From: Desulfobacteraceae bacterium
Lineage (GTDB): Bacteria; Desulfobacterota; DSM-4660; Desulfatiglandales; B25-G16
Length of the DNA stretch: 64,000 nt
Assembly (NCBI GenBank): GCA_030615105.1
Contig: JAUWZV010000001.1
Span: 1,399-65,398, forward strand
Reading direction: 5' to 3'
Of the stretch, positions 17,962 to 26,906 are shown piece after piece (within the stretch, counting starts at the first letter, position 1; every line of letters begins with the position of its first letter). The notes below the pieces were generated by a model. The model saw nothing but the letters and a program-made list of their open reading frames with translations. It was not told where the DNA came from and did no database searches. The position numbers and the translations under genes were made by a program.

Positions 17962-19119
17962 ATGGATTTCTCATTAAGTGAAGAACAGGAGATCTTACGT
18001 AATTCAATAAGGAAATTCCTGGAAAAGGAATATCCTAAAGAATACATTAGGAGAATCGATAAAGAAGAAGAATATCCTTTGGAGATCGTTCAAAAGATGG
18101 CCGAGTTGGGATGGCTTGGTCTTTCAATTCCAGAGAAATATGGAGGGGTTGGGGGTGACATTCTTGATCAGACTCTGATGATTGAAGAACTGGCTCGGTG
18201 TTCATCATCCATCGCTATAGCTTACTTGCTCAATATTTGTTTTGGTGCCAAGACCATCATTTACATGGGTAGCGAGAAGCAGAAAAAAAAATATTTACCT
18301 AAAATAGCCTCCGGTGATCTGATATTTTGTCTGGGCCTGACAGAGCCCAGCGGCGGAACAGATGCCCTCTCCTTGTCCACTCGAGCTGTAAGAAATGGTG
18401 ACCATTATGTAATCAATGGACAGAAGGTATTTATCACTGGGGCTCACGTATCTCACTACATAATTCTTGTGGCTAGGACGGGTCCCAAAAAGAAAAAACT
18501 AACACGAAATATTGGCATTTTTTTAGTGGATAGCAAGTCAAAAGGGATCAATATCCGTCTGCTTGATAAGCTCGGAAATAAAGCAACTGGAACCTGTGAA
18601 ATATTTTTAGAGGATGTGGTCGTTCCAGCCGAAAACATACTAGGTGATGAACGAAATGGTTGGTATCAAATCGTTAACACTCTTAATAACGAGAGGATTT
18701 CAGTAGCCGCTATTTGCTTAGGAACGACCCAGGCAGTTATCGATGAATCTTTGAAATATGTCTTGGAGCGAAAGGCATTTGGCAAGCCCATAGGTCAGTT
18801 TCAATATATTCAGAAATATATTGTCGATATGGTGATGGATCTGGAGGCCTCCCGGTTACTTACTTACAAGGCCGCCTGGCTTGAATCTCAAGGCAAAAAT
18901 TGCAATATTGAAGCTGCCATAGCCAAATTGGTGGCATCAGAGGCCTGTTTTAAAGCAACCACGAACGGAATGCGCATTTTCGCCGGATATGGGTACATGA
19001 TGGAATATGACATGCAGAGACTGTGGCGTGATTCTGAACTTTGGATCTTTGCCCCCATATCAAATGAAATGTCACGCAACCTTTTAGCGCAAGAATTGGG
19101 ACTCCCCAGATCTTATTGA
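17962..19119 (+). CDS. acyl-CoA dehydrogenase
   Basis: 385 aa. GLTEPSGGTDA and a typical ACAD three-domain pattern, with a C-terminal helical domain containing the catalytic-region motif YGYMMEYDMQRLWRD. Confidence 0.9.
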   Translation: MDFSLSEEQEILRNSIRKFLEKEYPKEYIRRIDKEEEYPLEIVQKMAELGWLGLSIPEKYGGVGGDILDQTLMIEELARCSSSIAIAYLLNICFGAKTIIYMGSEKQKKKYLPKIASGDLIFCLGLTEPSGGTDALSLSTRAVRNGDHYVINGQKVFITGAHVSHYIILVARTGPKKKKLTRNIGIFLVDSKSKGINIRLLDKLGNKATGTCEIFLEDVVVPAENILGDERNGWYQIVNTLNNERISVAAICLGTTQAVIDESLKYVLERKAFGKPIGQFQYIQKYIVDMVMDLEASRLLTYKAAWLESQGKNCNIEAAIAKLVASEACFKATTNGMRIFAGYGYMMEYDMQRLWRDSELWIFAPISNEMSRNLLAQELGLPRSY

Positions 19120-19246
19120 TCAAGTAATGTGGTCTCATGGAGCAGGCTGGGGTATGTATAAATCAAACATCATACGGTTTTCTGGTGGCAGAAAACCGGG
19201 GAAAGGGTAGTTTTTAAAACATTAATCACCATTGTGGGTATAAAAT

Positions 19247-20386
19247 ATGGGCAAGAGAGTAGCGATTGTTGATACGGTTCAGACCGAACACGGAGACAAA
19301 CTTGAGGACAATATCCGGGAGATCATGTTTGGCGTTGTCAGACAGCTCCTGGATCGTGTGGGAATTGAGAAATCCGAAATCGGGACCATGGTTTCAGCCT
19401 CCTCTGATTATTGGGAGGGGATCAGTTGCTCCAACGCCTATTATTATGATGCTGCGGGTGCCAATCTGAAGAGCGGTTCCAACGCGGAAGAGGACTCGGG
19501 TCTCGCCTTTATCTATGGTTTTATGCGAATTCTCTCGGGGGACTATAAAACCGCGTTGGTCATCAGTATAACGAAATGTTCGGAGACCCCCTCAGCGGCC
19601 ACTCTAACACACATGAGTGCGGACCCTTTTTTTCACCGGCCGGTCGGGCTAAATGAAACGGTGGTTGCAGGTCTTCAGGCAAGGGAATATATGAACCGCT
19701 ATGGCATCACAGAAGAAGACCTGGCCATGGTGGTGGTAAAAAATCTCGGAAACGCCCAAAAAAATCCATATGCACATAGGGGTGGGCAACTGTCTGAGGA
19801 AGAGGTCTTGGCTTCATCCATGATGGTCTATCCCTTGCGAGAAATGGATATCCCCTCCACCTCTGATGGTGCCTGCGCAGTTTTATTGGCCGAGGAAAAG
19901 ATTGCCAGGGATCTGACCGATACACCGATATTTGTTGAGGGCGTGGGCTGGGGTACTGATCATTCCTTTTTGGGAGATCGAAATCTTTTAAATGGATCCT
20001 TGCCAAAAGCGGCTGAGAGGGCCTATCAGATGGCTGGGGTAAAAGATCCTTCCAACGAGATAGACATGGCCGAAATCTGCGATATAACCTCCTTTCATGA
20101 GATCTTATGGATGGAGCAATTGGGTTTTTGCCCCCCAGGAAAGGGAGCAGATCTTGTCAAAGACGGCGTAACAGCTATGCATGGCAAACTTCCGGTGAAC
20201 CCTTCCGGAGGTTTGTTTGGGGCCAATCCCTATGTTGCCCGCGGTCTGATCCGGATTGCTGAGGCCGCTATGCAGCTAAAGGGAGAGGCGGGAGATCGTC
20301 AGGTGCTGGACGTGAGCAGGGCGGTTGCCCAAAGCGTTCACGGGTTGGGCGGTCAATTACATTCTGTCATTATTCTTGGAACATAG
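19247..20386 (+). CDS. SCP-x-type thiolase-like protein lacking the nucleophilic Cys
   Basis: Thiolase-like throughout (VNPSGGL, HGLGG). Where the paralog has ATCGSTG, this protein reads NAEEDSGLAF. Confidence 0.8.
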   Translation: MGKRVAIVDTVQTEHGDKLEDNIREIMFGVVRQLLDRVGIEKSEIGTMVSASSDYWEGISCSNAYYYDAAGANLKSGSNAEEDSGLAFIYGFMRILSGDYKTALVISITKCSETPSAATLTHMSADPFFHRPVGLNETVVAGLQAREYMNRYGITEEDLAMVVVKNLGNAQKNPYAHRGGQLSEEEVLASSMMVYPLREMDIPSTSDGACAVLLAEEKIARDLTDTPIFVEGVGWGTDHSFLGDRNLLNGSLPKAAERAYQMAGVKDPSNEIDMAEICDITSFHEILWMEQLGFCPPGKGADLVKDGVTAMHGKLPVNPSGGLFGANPYVARGLIRIAEAAMQLKGEAGDRQVLDVSRAVAQSVHGLGGQLHSVIILGT

Positions 20387-20398
20387 GGAGAATTTGGT

Positions 20399-21565
20399 AT
20401 GGGTCACGCAGTAGCCATTATCGGTACGGGTCAGACTCACTGTGGAAAAAGAACGGATGTTTCCTATCCTGAATTGATTTATGAGGCAGTAAGTAGGGCC
20501 TTTGAGGATTCCGGGCTGAGTCCGGATGATATTGAGGCCGTTGTGTCAGGCTCGATGCCTCCTGCCATGGAAGGTGTCAATAACCCCCACCTTTATTGGG
20601 CCGATGCCATGGGTGCCGGAGGAAAACCTCTCATAAGGATTGCGACCTGTGGTTCTACCGGCATATCGCTGGCTCATGCCGGTTTTTATCATGTGTCCTC
20701 AGGGCTTTTCGATCTGGTCCTGGTGGTGGGGGCAGAAAAGATGTATGAGGGAAACCCACAGGGGGTCATGGCCACTGTGGCAGATCCATTCTTTCAGAGG
20801 CCATTTTTGGCCGGTGCACCTGGGATCTTTGCACTTCAATCCAACGAATGGGCTCACCGTTATGGCCTTGAAGAGAAACGGGTGCGAATGGCTGCTGCCG
20901 AGTTATCAGTGCGAAACCATACGGATGCCCTGGATAATCCCTATGCTCACATTAAGGTTAAGATTGCTGTCGAGGATGTTCTTAAATCCCGTGTCATTGC
21001 TTATCCAGTCAGGATTCTGGATGTGTGCCCGGCCTCAGATGGTGCCTGCGCGGTTATCATGGCCTCGGAAAGAATGGTCAGAAAAATGGGGGCGAAGCCA
21101 GCCTGGATTCGTGGGGTAGGTTACTGTGGCGAAGAGGCATTTTTTGGTGAGGGAGACAAAGTGGTCTGGCAGGCTGCCATCAATGCGGCCAAAACAGCTT
21201 ACAAGCAGGCAGGCATAACAGATCCACGGAAAGAAATAGATGTGGCTGAGGTGTATAACCCTTTCACATTTCAGGAAATGCTTTTTTATGAGTGCTTTGG
21301 TTTTTGTGATTTTGGCCAGGCCTGCGAGCTTGTGGAGAAAGGGGTTGTTATGAGAGGAGGTGATCTCCCTTGCGATCCTTCCGGAGGTGTGCTTTGCACC
21401 AATCCCATCGGTGCAACCGGTTTACAGAGGGCCGCTGAGATCGCACTTCAGGTAACCAACAAGGCGGGTGACCATCAGATTCCCGGAGCAAGTACGGGAC
21501 TGACACATGCCATGGGAGGCCTTGATCAATTTAATGGGATTATGATCATTTCAAATTCATTATAG
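20399..21565 (+). CDS. SCP-x-type thiolase-like protein (Cys present)
   Basis: IRIATCGSTGISLAHA...VVGAEKM and CDPSGGV. It has CTNPIGATG where thiolases usually have GHPxGA(T/S)G. Confidence 0.8.
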   Translation: MGHAVAIIGTGQTHCGKRTDVSYPELIYEAVSRAFEDSGLSPDDIEAVVSGSMPPAMEGVNNPHLYWADAMGAGGKPLIRIATCGSTGISLAHAGFYHVSSGLFDLVLVVGAEKMYEGNPQGVMATVADPFFQRPFLAGAPGIFALQSNEWAHRYGLEEKRVRMAAAELSVRNHTDALDNPYAHIKVKIAVEDVLKSRVIAYPVRILDVCPASDGACAVIMASERMVRKMGAKPAWIRGVGYCGEEAFFGEGDKVVWQAAINAAKTAYKQAGITDPRKEIDVAEVYNPFTFQEMLFYECFGFCDFGQACELVEKGVVMRGGDLPCDPSGGVLCTNPIGATGLQRAAEIALQVTNKAGDHQIPGASTGLTHAMGGLDQFNGIMIISNSL

Positions 21566-21580
21566 TCACAGGGGGCATTT

Positions 21581-22045
21581 ATGAGTGGAGAATCCAGAAT
21601 ATTAGAAGGCTACGTTAGTTTGCCCTATAAATGGGCAATGGGTGCTGCTACCACCCGTTTCTTTGAAGAATTAAAAAACAAGAAAATTATGGGAACAAAA
21701 TGTCCAAAATGTAATCGGGTTTTGATACCGGCTAGAAGCTTCTGTTCCCATTGCTTTGAGAAAATAGATGAGTGGAAGGAGGTTTCACAAGAAGGAACAC
21801 TTAGGACCTGGTGTACGGTAAATTTTTCTTATGAAGGGCAACCCAAGGAGCCTCCTTACATCCTCGGCATCATTGATCTGGATGGCGCGGATGTAGGACT
21901 TCCCCATTTTGTGGGAGGCGTGGATTTGGACGACTTTGAGGAAGCTGCCAAAAAGGTTCATATCGGAGGCAGGGTAAGGGCGGTCTGGAAAGAGAATAGA
22001 ACGGGGAATATCCTGGATATAGATTATTTCCAACCGGTTGAATAA
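21581..22045 (+). CDS. DUF35 zinc-ribbon / OB-fold protein (thiolase partner, BbsA-like)
   Basis: CPKCNRVLIPARSFCSHC rubredoxin-like ribbon followed by an OB-fold-like C-half. It lies immediately downstream of the thiolase pair. Confidence 0.8.
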   Translation: MSGESRILEGYVSLPYKWAMGAATTRFFEELKNKKIMGTKCPKCNRVLIPARSFCSHCFEKIDEWKEVSQEGTLRTWCTVNFSYEGQPKEPPYILGIIDLDGADVGLPHFVGGVDLDDFEEAAKKVHIGGRVRAVWKENRTGNILDIDYFQPVE

Positions 22046-22120
22046 TCTCTGAATTCTATCTTTGTGCTTTTGTGGGCAAGGAATTCGTTAGCTTATTAAA
22101 ATCTATTTTAAGAGGACGCC

Positions 22121-23746
22121 ATGGTTAAGAAAGAGAGCAGATCTACCATTTCTGGGATTTCTCAGAAAATTTTCTACCCACGGGCAGACATTGTCCACAC
22201 AATGACTGAAGGGAAAGAGGAGAAACCAGGGGAATTTCCTTTCACTCGAGGAATTTTCCCCCAGGGCTACCGTCAACAGCCATGGATGGAGAGTTTGGCG
22301 AGCGGCTATGGATTACCTGAAAAAACCAACGAGCGGGAGAAGTACTTGTCTAAGGTCGGACAGGCGGGATACGGTGGCCGAGCGTCTATCAACCTGGTCT
22401 TTGATAGGCCTACGTTCTGCGGCATGGACAGTGATCATCCCATGGCTCAGAACGAATTGGGCGAGGTTGGTGTGATCATTGATTCCCTGATGGACATGGA
22501 GCGACTTTTTAAGGGCTTCCCCTTGGACAGATTGAACGTAGGTTTTATTGCTGACCGCTCAGGCCCTATCATTATGGCCATGTATGTGGCCCTTGCTGAC
22601 AAGCTTGGTATCTCTAGGCATAAGTTGAGGGGGATTGTCTGCAACAATCCTTTGACAGACTTCTACTGCAGCAAGACCCCGATGTTTCCACTCCGAGAGT
22701 GCCTTCGTCTGATGGTGGATTGCATCAAGTTTTGTACTGAAGAGGTGCCCAATTTCAACATTGCTCGAATTGGAGGTTACAACACCAGGGAACTGGGCAG
22801 TACTGCGATTCAGGAGATCGGTTTTAACTTAGCCATTGCAAAAACCATTGTGGAGGCCTGTGTAGAGGAAGGACTGAGTGTTGACAAATTTGCGGGCAAC
22901 ATCAGCTTTCAGTTTTCCCAGGGGAGCTACTTTTTCGAGGAGATTGCCAAGATACGCGCGGCGCGAAGGATTTGGGCCAAATTGCTGAAAGAAGGATTTG
23001 GTGCAGAGAAAGACTCTATTTGTCGGATGAAGATCCACATGCAGACTGCTGGCTCCAGCCTCACAGCACAGGAGCCCCTTAACAACATTGCTCGCATTGC
23101 GCTTCAGGTTTTGTCTGCGAGCCTCTCCGGCTGCCAGAGTATGCATATTGCCTCCTTTGATGAAGCCCTTGGCATTCCTACCGAAGAAGCTGCTAGTGTG
23201 GCTATCAAAACCTCCAAGATCGTGATGCACGAGACAGGAATAACAGATGTAGCTGACCCATTAGGTGGTTCCTATTATATGGAGGCTCTGACAGAGGAAA
23301 TTGAGAAGAGGATTGTGAAACTTATGGAGCGTATCGACGAACTTGGAGGAGCGATTAAGGCAATTGAGGAGGGGGTTTTCGAACAAGAGATTGCCGATGC
23401 CAGTTACTTGCTTCAAAAAGAGATATCTGAGGGCAAACGAGTTATCGTGGGGATGAATCGTTTTCAGGAGAAAGACCAGAAGCTGGAGTATAAGGTCTTT
23501 AGGCCCGATCCGAAGGTATCCAGCATAGCTATAGATCGTGTGAGGAAACTGAGGGAAGAGAGGGATCAGGAGCGGGCGGAAAAATGTATTGAACAAATTA
23601 GAGAAGCAGCGCGAAGAAATGAGGCACTAATGCCCCTCTATATCGAAGCTGCTAAGTCCAATGTCACGCTTGGGGAGATGATTAGAGCCCTGGAAGAGGG
23701 ACTGGGTACATTCCAATATTCGCCGATTATCTCCAGGGTTGAATAA
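22121..23746 (+). CDS. B12-dependent acyl-CoA mutase large (substrate-binding) subunit, paralog 1
   Basis: FPFTRGIFP, FFEEIAKIRAARRIWAKL, HMQTAGSSLTAQEPLNNIARIALQ, DEALGIPTEEA and DPLGGSYYMEALT are methylmalonyl-CoA-mutase family blocks. Confidence 0.85.
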   Translation: MVKKESRSTISGISQKIFYPRADIVHTMTEGKEEKPGEFPFTRGIFPQGYRQQPWMESLASGYGLPEKTNEREKYLSKVGQAGYGGRASINLVFDRPTFCGMDSDHPMAQNELGEVGVIIDSLMDMERLFKGFPLDRLNVGFIADRSGPIIMAMYVALADKLGISRHKLRGIVCNNPLTDFYCSKTPMFPLRECLRLMVDCIKFCTEEVPNFNIARIGGYNTRELGSTAIQEIGFNLAIAKTIVEACVEEGLSVDKFAGNISFQFSQGSYFFEEIAKIRAARRIWAKLLKEGFGAEKDSICRMKIHMQTAGSSLTAQEPLNNIARIALQVLSASLSGCQSMHIASFDEALGIPTEEAASVAIKTSKIVMHETGITDVADPLGGSYYMEALTEEIEKRIVKLMERIDELGGAIKAIEEGVFEQEIADASYLLQKEISEGKRVIVGMNRFQEKDQKLEYKVFRPDPKVSSIAIDRVRKLREERDQERAEKCIEQIREAARRNEALMPLYIEAAKSNVTLGEMIRALEEGLGTFQYSPIISRVE

Positions 23747-23760
23747 AGGGGAGGAATGAC

Positions 23761-24171
23761 GTGGACAAACAGAGAAAAATACGTGTGCTACTTGCAAAGG
23801 CAGGGTTGGATACCCATGAGAGGGGGGTGAAGCTGATTGCCGCCTCTCTGCGGGACGCCGGTATGGAGGTGATTTATAGTGGTGTGTTCCAAACGAGCAT
23901 GAGCATTACCCGTACCGCCCTCCAAGAGGATGTGGATGTCATTGGCCTGAGTTATTTGTGTGGAGCGCATCAATCATTGACTCAGGAGATCTTGAAAGAG
24001 CTTCAAAAAAACGGGCTGGGAGATGTAGCGGTTATCTGCGGCGGTATTATTCCTGGTGAAGACATCGAGCAGATGAAGGCCATAGGCGTCAAAGAGATTT
24101 ACGGTCCTGGTACACCTATGGAGAGAATTATCAAAGGTATACATGAATTGGCTGAATCCAGGATTCATTAG
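23761..24171 (+). CDS. cobalamin-binding small subunit, paralog 1
   Basis: GTG start with a GGGGAGG RBS. RVLLAKAGLDTHERGVK carries the DxHxxG motif, followed by a Rossmann-like B12-binding domain. Confidence 0.85.
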   Translation: MDKQRKIRVLLAKAGLDTHERGVKLIAASLRDAGMEVIYSGVFQTSMSITRTALQEDVDVIGLSYLCGAHQSLTQEILKELQKNGLGDVAVICGGIIPGEDIEQMKAIGVKEIYGPGTPMERIIKGIHELAESRIH

Positions 24172-24413
24172 ATTGTTATTTGAAATGAGGTTGTTCGCAC
24201 TATGTATGCTATACCCGATCTCTGAAACGAAAGCTCTAAGATCTTAGGGCATCATTGGAAGATATCTCCGTTTTGCGTAGGGATGAATAGCATAGTTGTT
24301 GAGGGATATGGGGGAATGATTCTCTCGACACGCGAGATAGTCCCTTCTTTGATGCCCCGGCCTTTGGTTGGGGAGTGATAGTGGGAAGCGAGCTTAAGGG
24401 AGGAGGAAGTATC

Positions 24414-26114
24414 ATGTTTGAAAAGGGTTTTCTAACACAGGTTAAAAAGAGAAAGACAGATTGGTTAGAGAAAAAATACTCTCAAGCGGTGGAAAGGTTT
24501 ACAGAGAGGAAAAAACGCTTCGAGACCAATGCTGGGATAGAAATCGACCCCCTTTACACACCTGATAATCTGGAAAAAGAGAATTATTTTGAAAAGATAA
24601 GTTTTCCTGGAGAATTCCCCTACACCCGGGGATCTTACCCCATAGGGTATCGCTCAAGATACTGGCAGCCTCGAGGGTATTGTGGATTTGGGACATCTGA
24701 AGAAACCAACGAAAGGCTGAAATTTGCCCTGCAACAGGGGGAGCCGGGGTTGAATGTTATTGTAGATCTGCCCACCTCCTATCATGGGATTGACGCGGAT
24801 GATCCGAGGGCCGAAGGAGAGGTTGGAAAAACCGGTGTCAGCATCAATTCCATTGAAGACATGCGGGATCTCTTTGAAGGGATTCCGATTGATAGGATTT
24901 CTATAACCTTTAATACCACCGGGTTGGTTATTATGGCTATGTACTTTGCGATGGCTCGGGAAAGAGGGGTCCCCTTTAAAAATCTTTGGGGAACTGCCCT
25001 TAATAACCCTTTAGCTTCTTACGTTTCCTGCAACTCTGCCTGCTTGCCTATCCCGGAAGATGCCCTAAGAGAATTAACAGATATCGTAGAGTTTGCTGTT
25101 AGAAACCTGCCTAAATGGAATCCTATGAACATTGGGTCCTATGAATATCGTGAAAATGGTGCCAACGCAATTCAAGAATTGGCCTTCATGTTCGGCAACG
25201 CCATGGCCTATACGGATTCTTTTATCCATAGAGGGCTGGATTTTGATGAATTCGCACCAAAATACGTTTTCTATACATCCGTTCAGACTAACTTATTTGA
25301 GGAGATAGCCAAGTTCCGTGCAGCGAGAAGAATCTGGGCAATGATCGCCCGAGATCGTTACAAAGCCAAGAATCCTGCTTCCATGATTTTCAGGATTCAC
25401 GCGCAGACCTCAGGATTCAGCATGACGGCAGAGCAACCCTTGAACAATATAGTCCGTGAGACGATTCAGAGCCTGGCAGCGGCTTTAGGTGGCACCAATT
25501 CTCTTTATACTAACTCTTATGATGAAGCCCTTTGCCTTCCCACGGAGGAGGCCCTTCGAACGGCCATGCGGGTTCAGCAGATTATTATGGAAGAGAGCGG
25601 TGTAGCCGATACCATCGATCCTTTAGGCGGTTCCTACTATGTGGAAACCCTAACAAACAAGATGGAAGAGCGGGTTTGTAGACTTATAAAGGAGATAGAT
25701 GATAGGGGAGGTATGGTTAAGGCTATTGAAAGCGGTTGGGTGCAATCTGAGTGTGAGCGCTCGATCGCCACCTATATGGACAGGGTGGAAAAAGGAGAAA
25801 TAGTTGTTGTGGGCTACAATAAATACCAGATCGATGAACCAGTACAATATGGTGTTTTTAGCGTGGATCCCAAATACGAACTCAAACAGCGAAATCGGCT
25901 GAAGAAACTGAGGGCAGAAAGGAACAAGGAAGAGGTTTCAAAGGCCCTGGATATGCTTCGGGAAGCGGCGAAGGGAAACGAAAATATGATGATTCCATGC
26001 ATGGAGGCAGCCCGCGCAAGGGCCACCTTTGGTGAGATGACAGAGGCCATTTACGGGCAAATGAGATCATTTAGAAGTCAATTTAAGGACCTGAAGATGA
26101 AGATGTATGCATAA
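24414..26114 (+). CDS. B12-dependent acyl-CoA mutase large subunit, paralog 2
   Basis: Track ORF 24375. ATG 24414 follows a GGGAGGAGGA RBS. Family blocks: FPYTRGSYP, LFEEIAKFRAARRIWAM, HAQTSGFSMTAEQPLNNIVRETIQ, DPLGGSYYVETLT. Confidence 0.85.
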   Translation: MFEKGFLTQVKKRKTDWLEKKYSQAVERFTERKKRFETNAGIEIDPLYTPDNLEKENYFEKISFPGEFPYTRGSYPIGYRSRYWQPRGYCGFGTSEETNERLKFALQQGEPGLNVIVDLPTSYHGIDADDPRAEGEVGKTGVSINSIEDMRDLFEGIPIDRISITFNTTGLVIMAMYFAMARERGVPFKNLWGTALNNPLASYVSCNSACLPIPEDALRELTDIVEFAVRNLPKWNPMNIGSYEYRENGANAIQELAFMFGNAMAYTDSFIHRGLDFDEFAPKYVFYTSVQTNLFEEIAKFRAARRIWAMIARDRYKAKNPASMIFRIHAQTSGFSMTAEQPLNNIVRETIQSLAAALGGTNSLYTNSYDEALCLPTEEALRTAMRVQQIIMEESGVADTIDPLGGSYYVETLTNKMEERVCRLIKEIDDRGGMVKAIESGWVQSECERSIATYMDRVEKGEIVVVGYNKYQIDEPVQYGVFSVDPKYELKQRNRLKKLRAERNKEEVSKALDMLREAAKGNENMMIPCMEAARARATFGEMTEAIYGQMRSFRSQFKDLKMKMYA

Positions 26115-26244
26115 GGCAGATTGTAATTTGTTATGCGGTGAAGAATGGTTTTGGATAGAGTGTTCCAGAATTGTGGGATCTAAAGCCATTTTCTGAACAC
26201 AACCTGACCAGTTATACTCAATACCTGATTTACGGAGAGTAGCT

Positions 26245-26643
26245 ATGTCCAATGGAAGGAAATTAAGAGTGCTTTTAGCAAAGCCTGGCTTGGACGGACA
26301 CGACTTAGGTATCAAGTTGGTGGCAAGAGCCTTGAGGAATGCCGGGATGGAGGTTGTGTACACTGGGCTTAACATAACTCCGGAAGAGACGGTAACCGTA
26401 TCAATCCAGGAGTCAGTGGATGTGATAGGGGTTAGTTATCTATCTGGTTCACATCTTCTGCTAACTGAAAAGATAATGGGAATACTCAAGGAAAAAGATG
26501 CTGGCCATTTTAAATTGGTAGTAGGTGGAATTATTCCAGAAGAGGACATCCAGAAATTGAAGCAGATGGGTGTTGCGGAGGTCTTCCGACCTGGCACATC
26601 TGTTAAAGAAATTGCGGATTCCATAGGCCGGATGGTTTGTTAA
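26245..26643 (+). CDS. cobalamin-binding small subunit, paralog 2
   Basis: RVLLAKPGLDGHDLGIK carries the DxHxxG motif. Confidence 0.85.
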   Translation: MSNGRKLRVLLAKPGLDGHDLGIKLVARALRNAGMEVVYTGLNITPEETVTVSIQESVDVIGVSYLSGSHLLLTEKIMGILKEKDAGHFKLVVGGIIPEEDIQKLKQMGVAEVFRPGTSVKEIADSIGRMVC

Positions 26644-26906
26644 AACGGTTTAATTTAGAGACTCGGCCGGTGCTAATATCGTGATGTTTTGCCTCAAGAT
26701 TCTTAAAGGGGATTGAGGTTTATATTTGCTTGAGCTATCGGGGTTTGTGCCCTGCCATGGGGGTTCTGAATGTGGGAGAGATCCAAGAATGGGTTGTAAA
26801 AATATAAGTGCCTCTTTTGCACGCATTCGTGGAAATAGGTCCTTTCATGCTGAGAAAAGAATGAGAGGGGAATATTATCTCAATATGGTGAGTTAGGAGA
26901 TTTTTC

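Noticed and set aside
26644-26906. Cobalamin riboswitch or sigma-54 promoter upstream of the CoA ligase/ABC genes
   Set aside because: GGTGCTAATATC is only a superficial match, and no B12-box (AGYCMGGAGACCKGCC-like) is present. No GG-N10-GC element with TGGCAC/TTGC context was found here or upstream of the other module genes.
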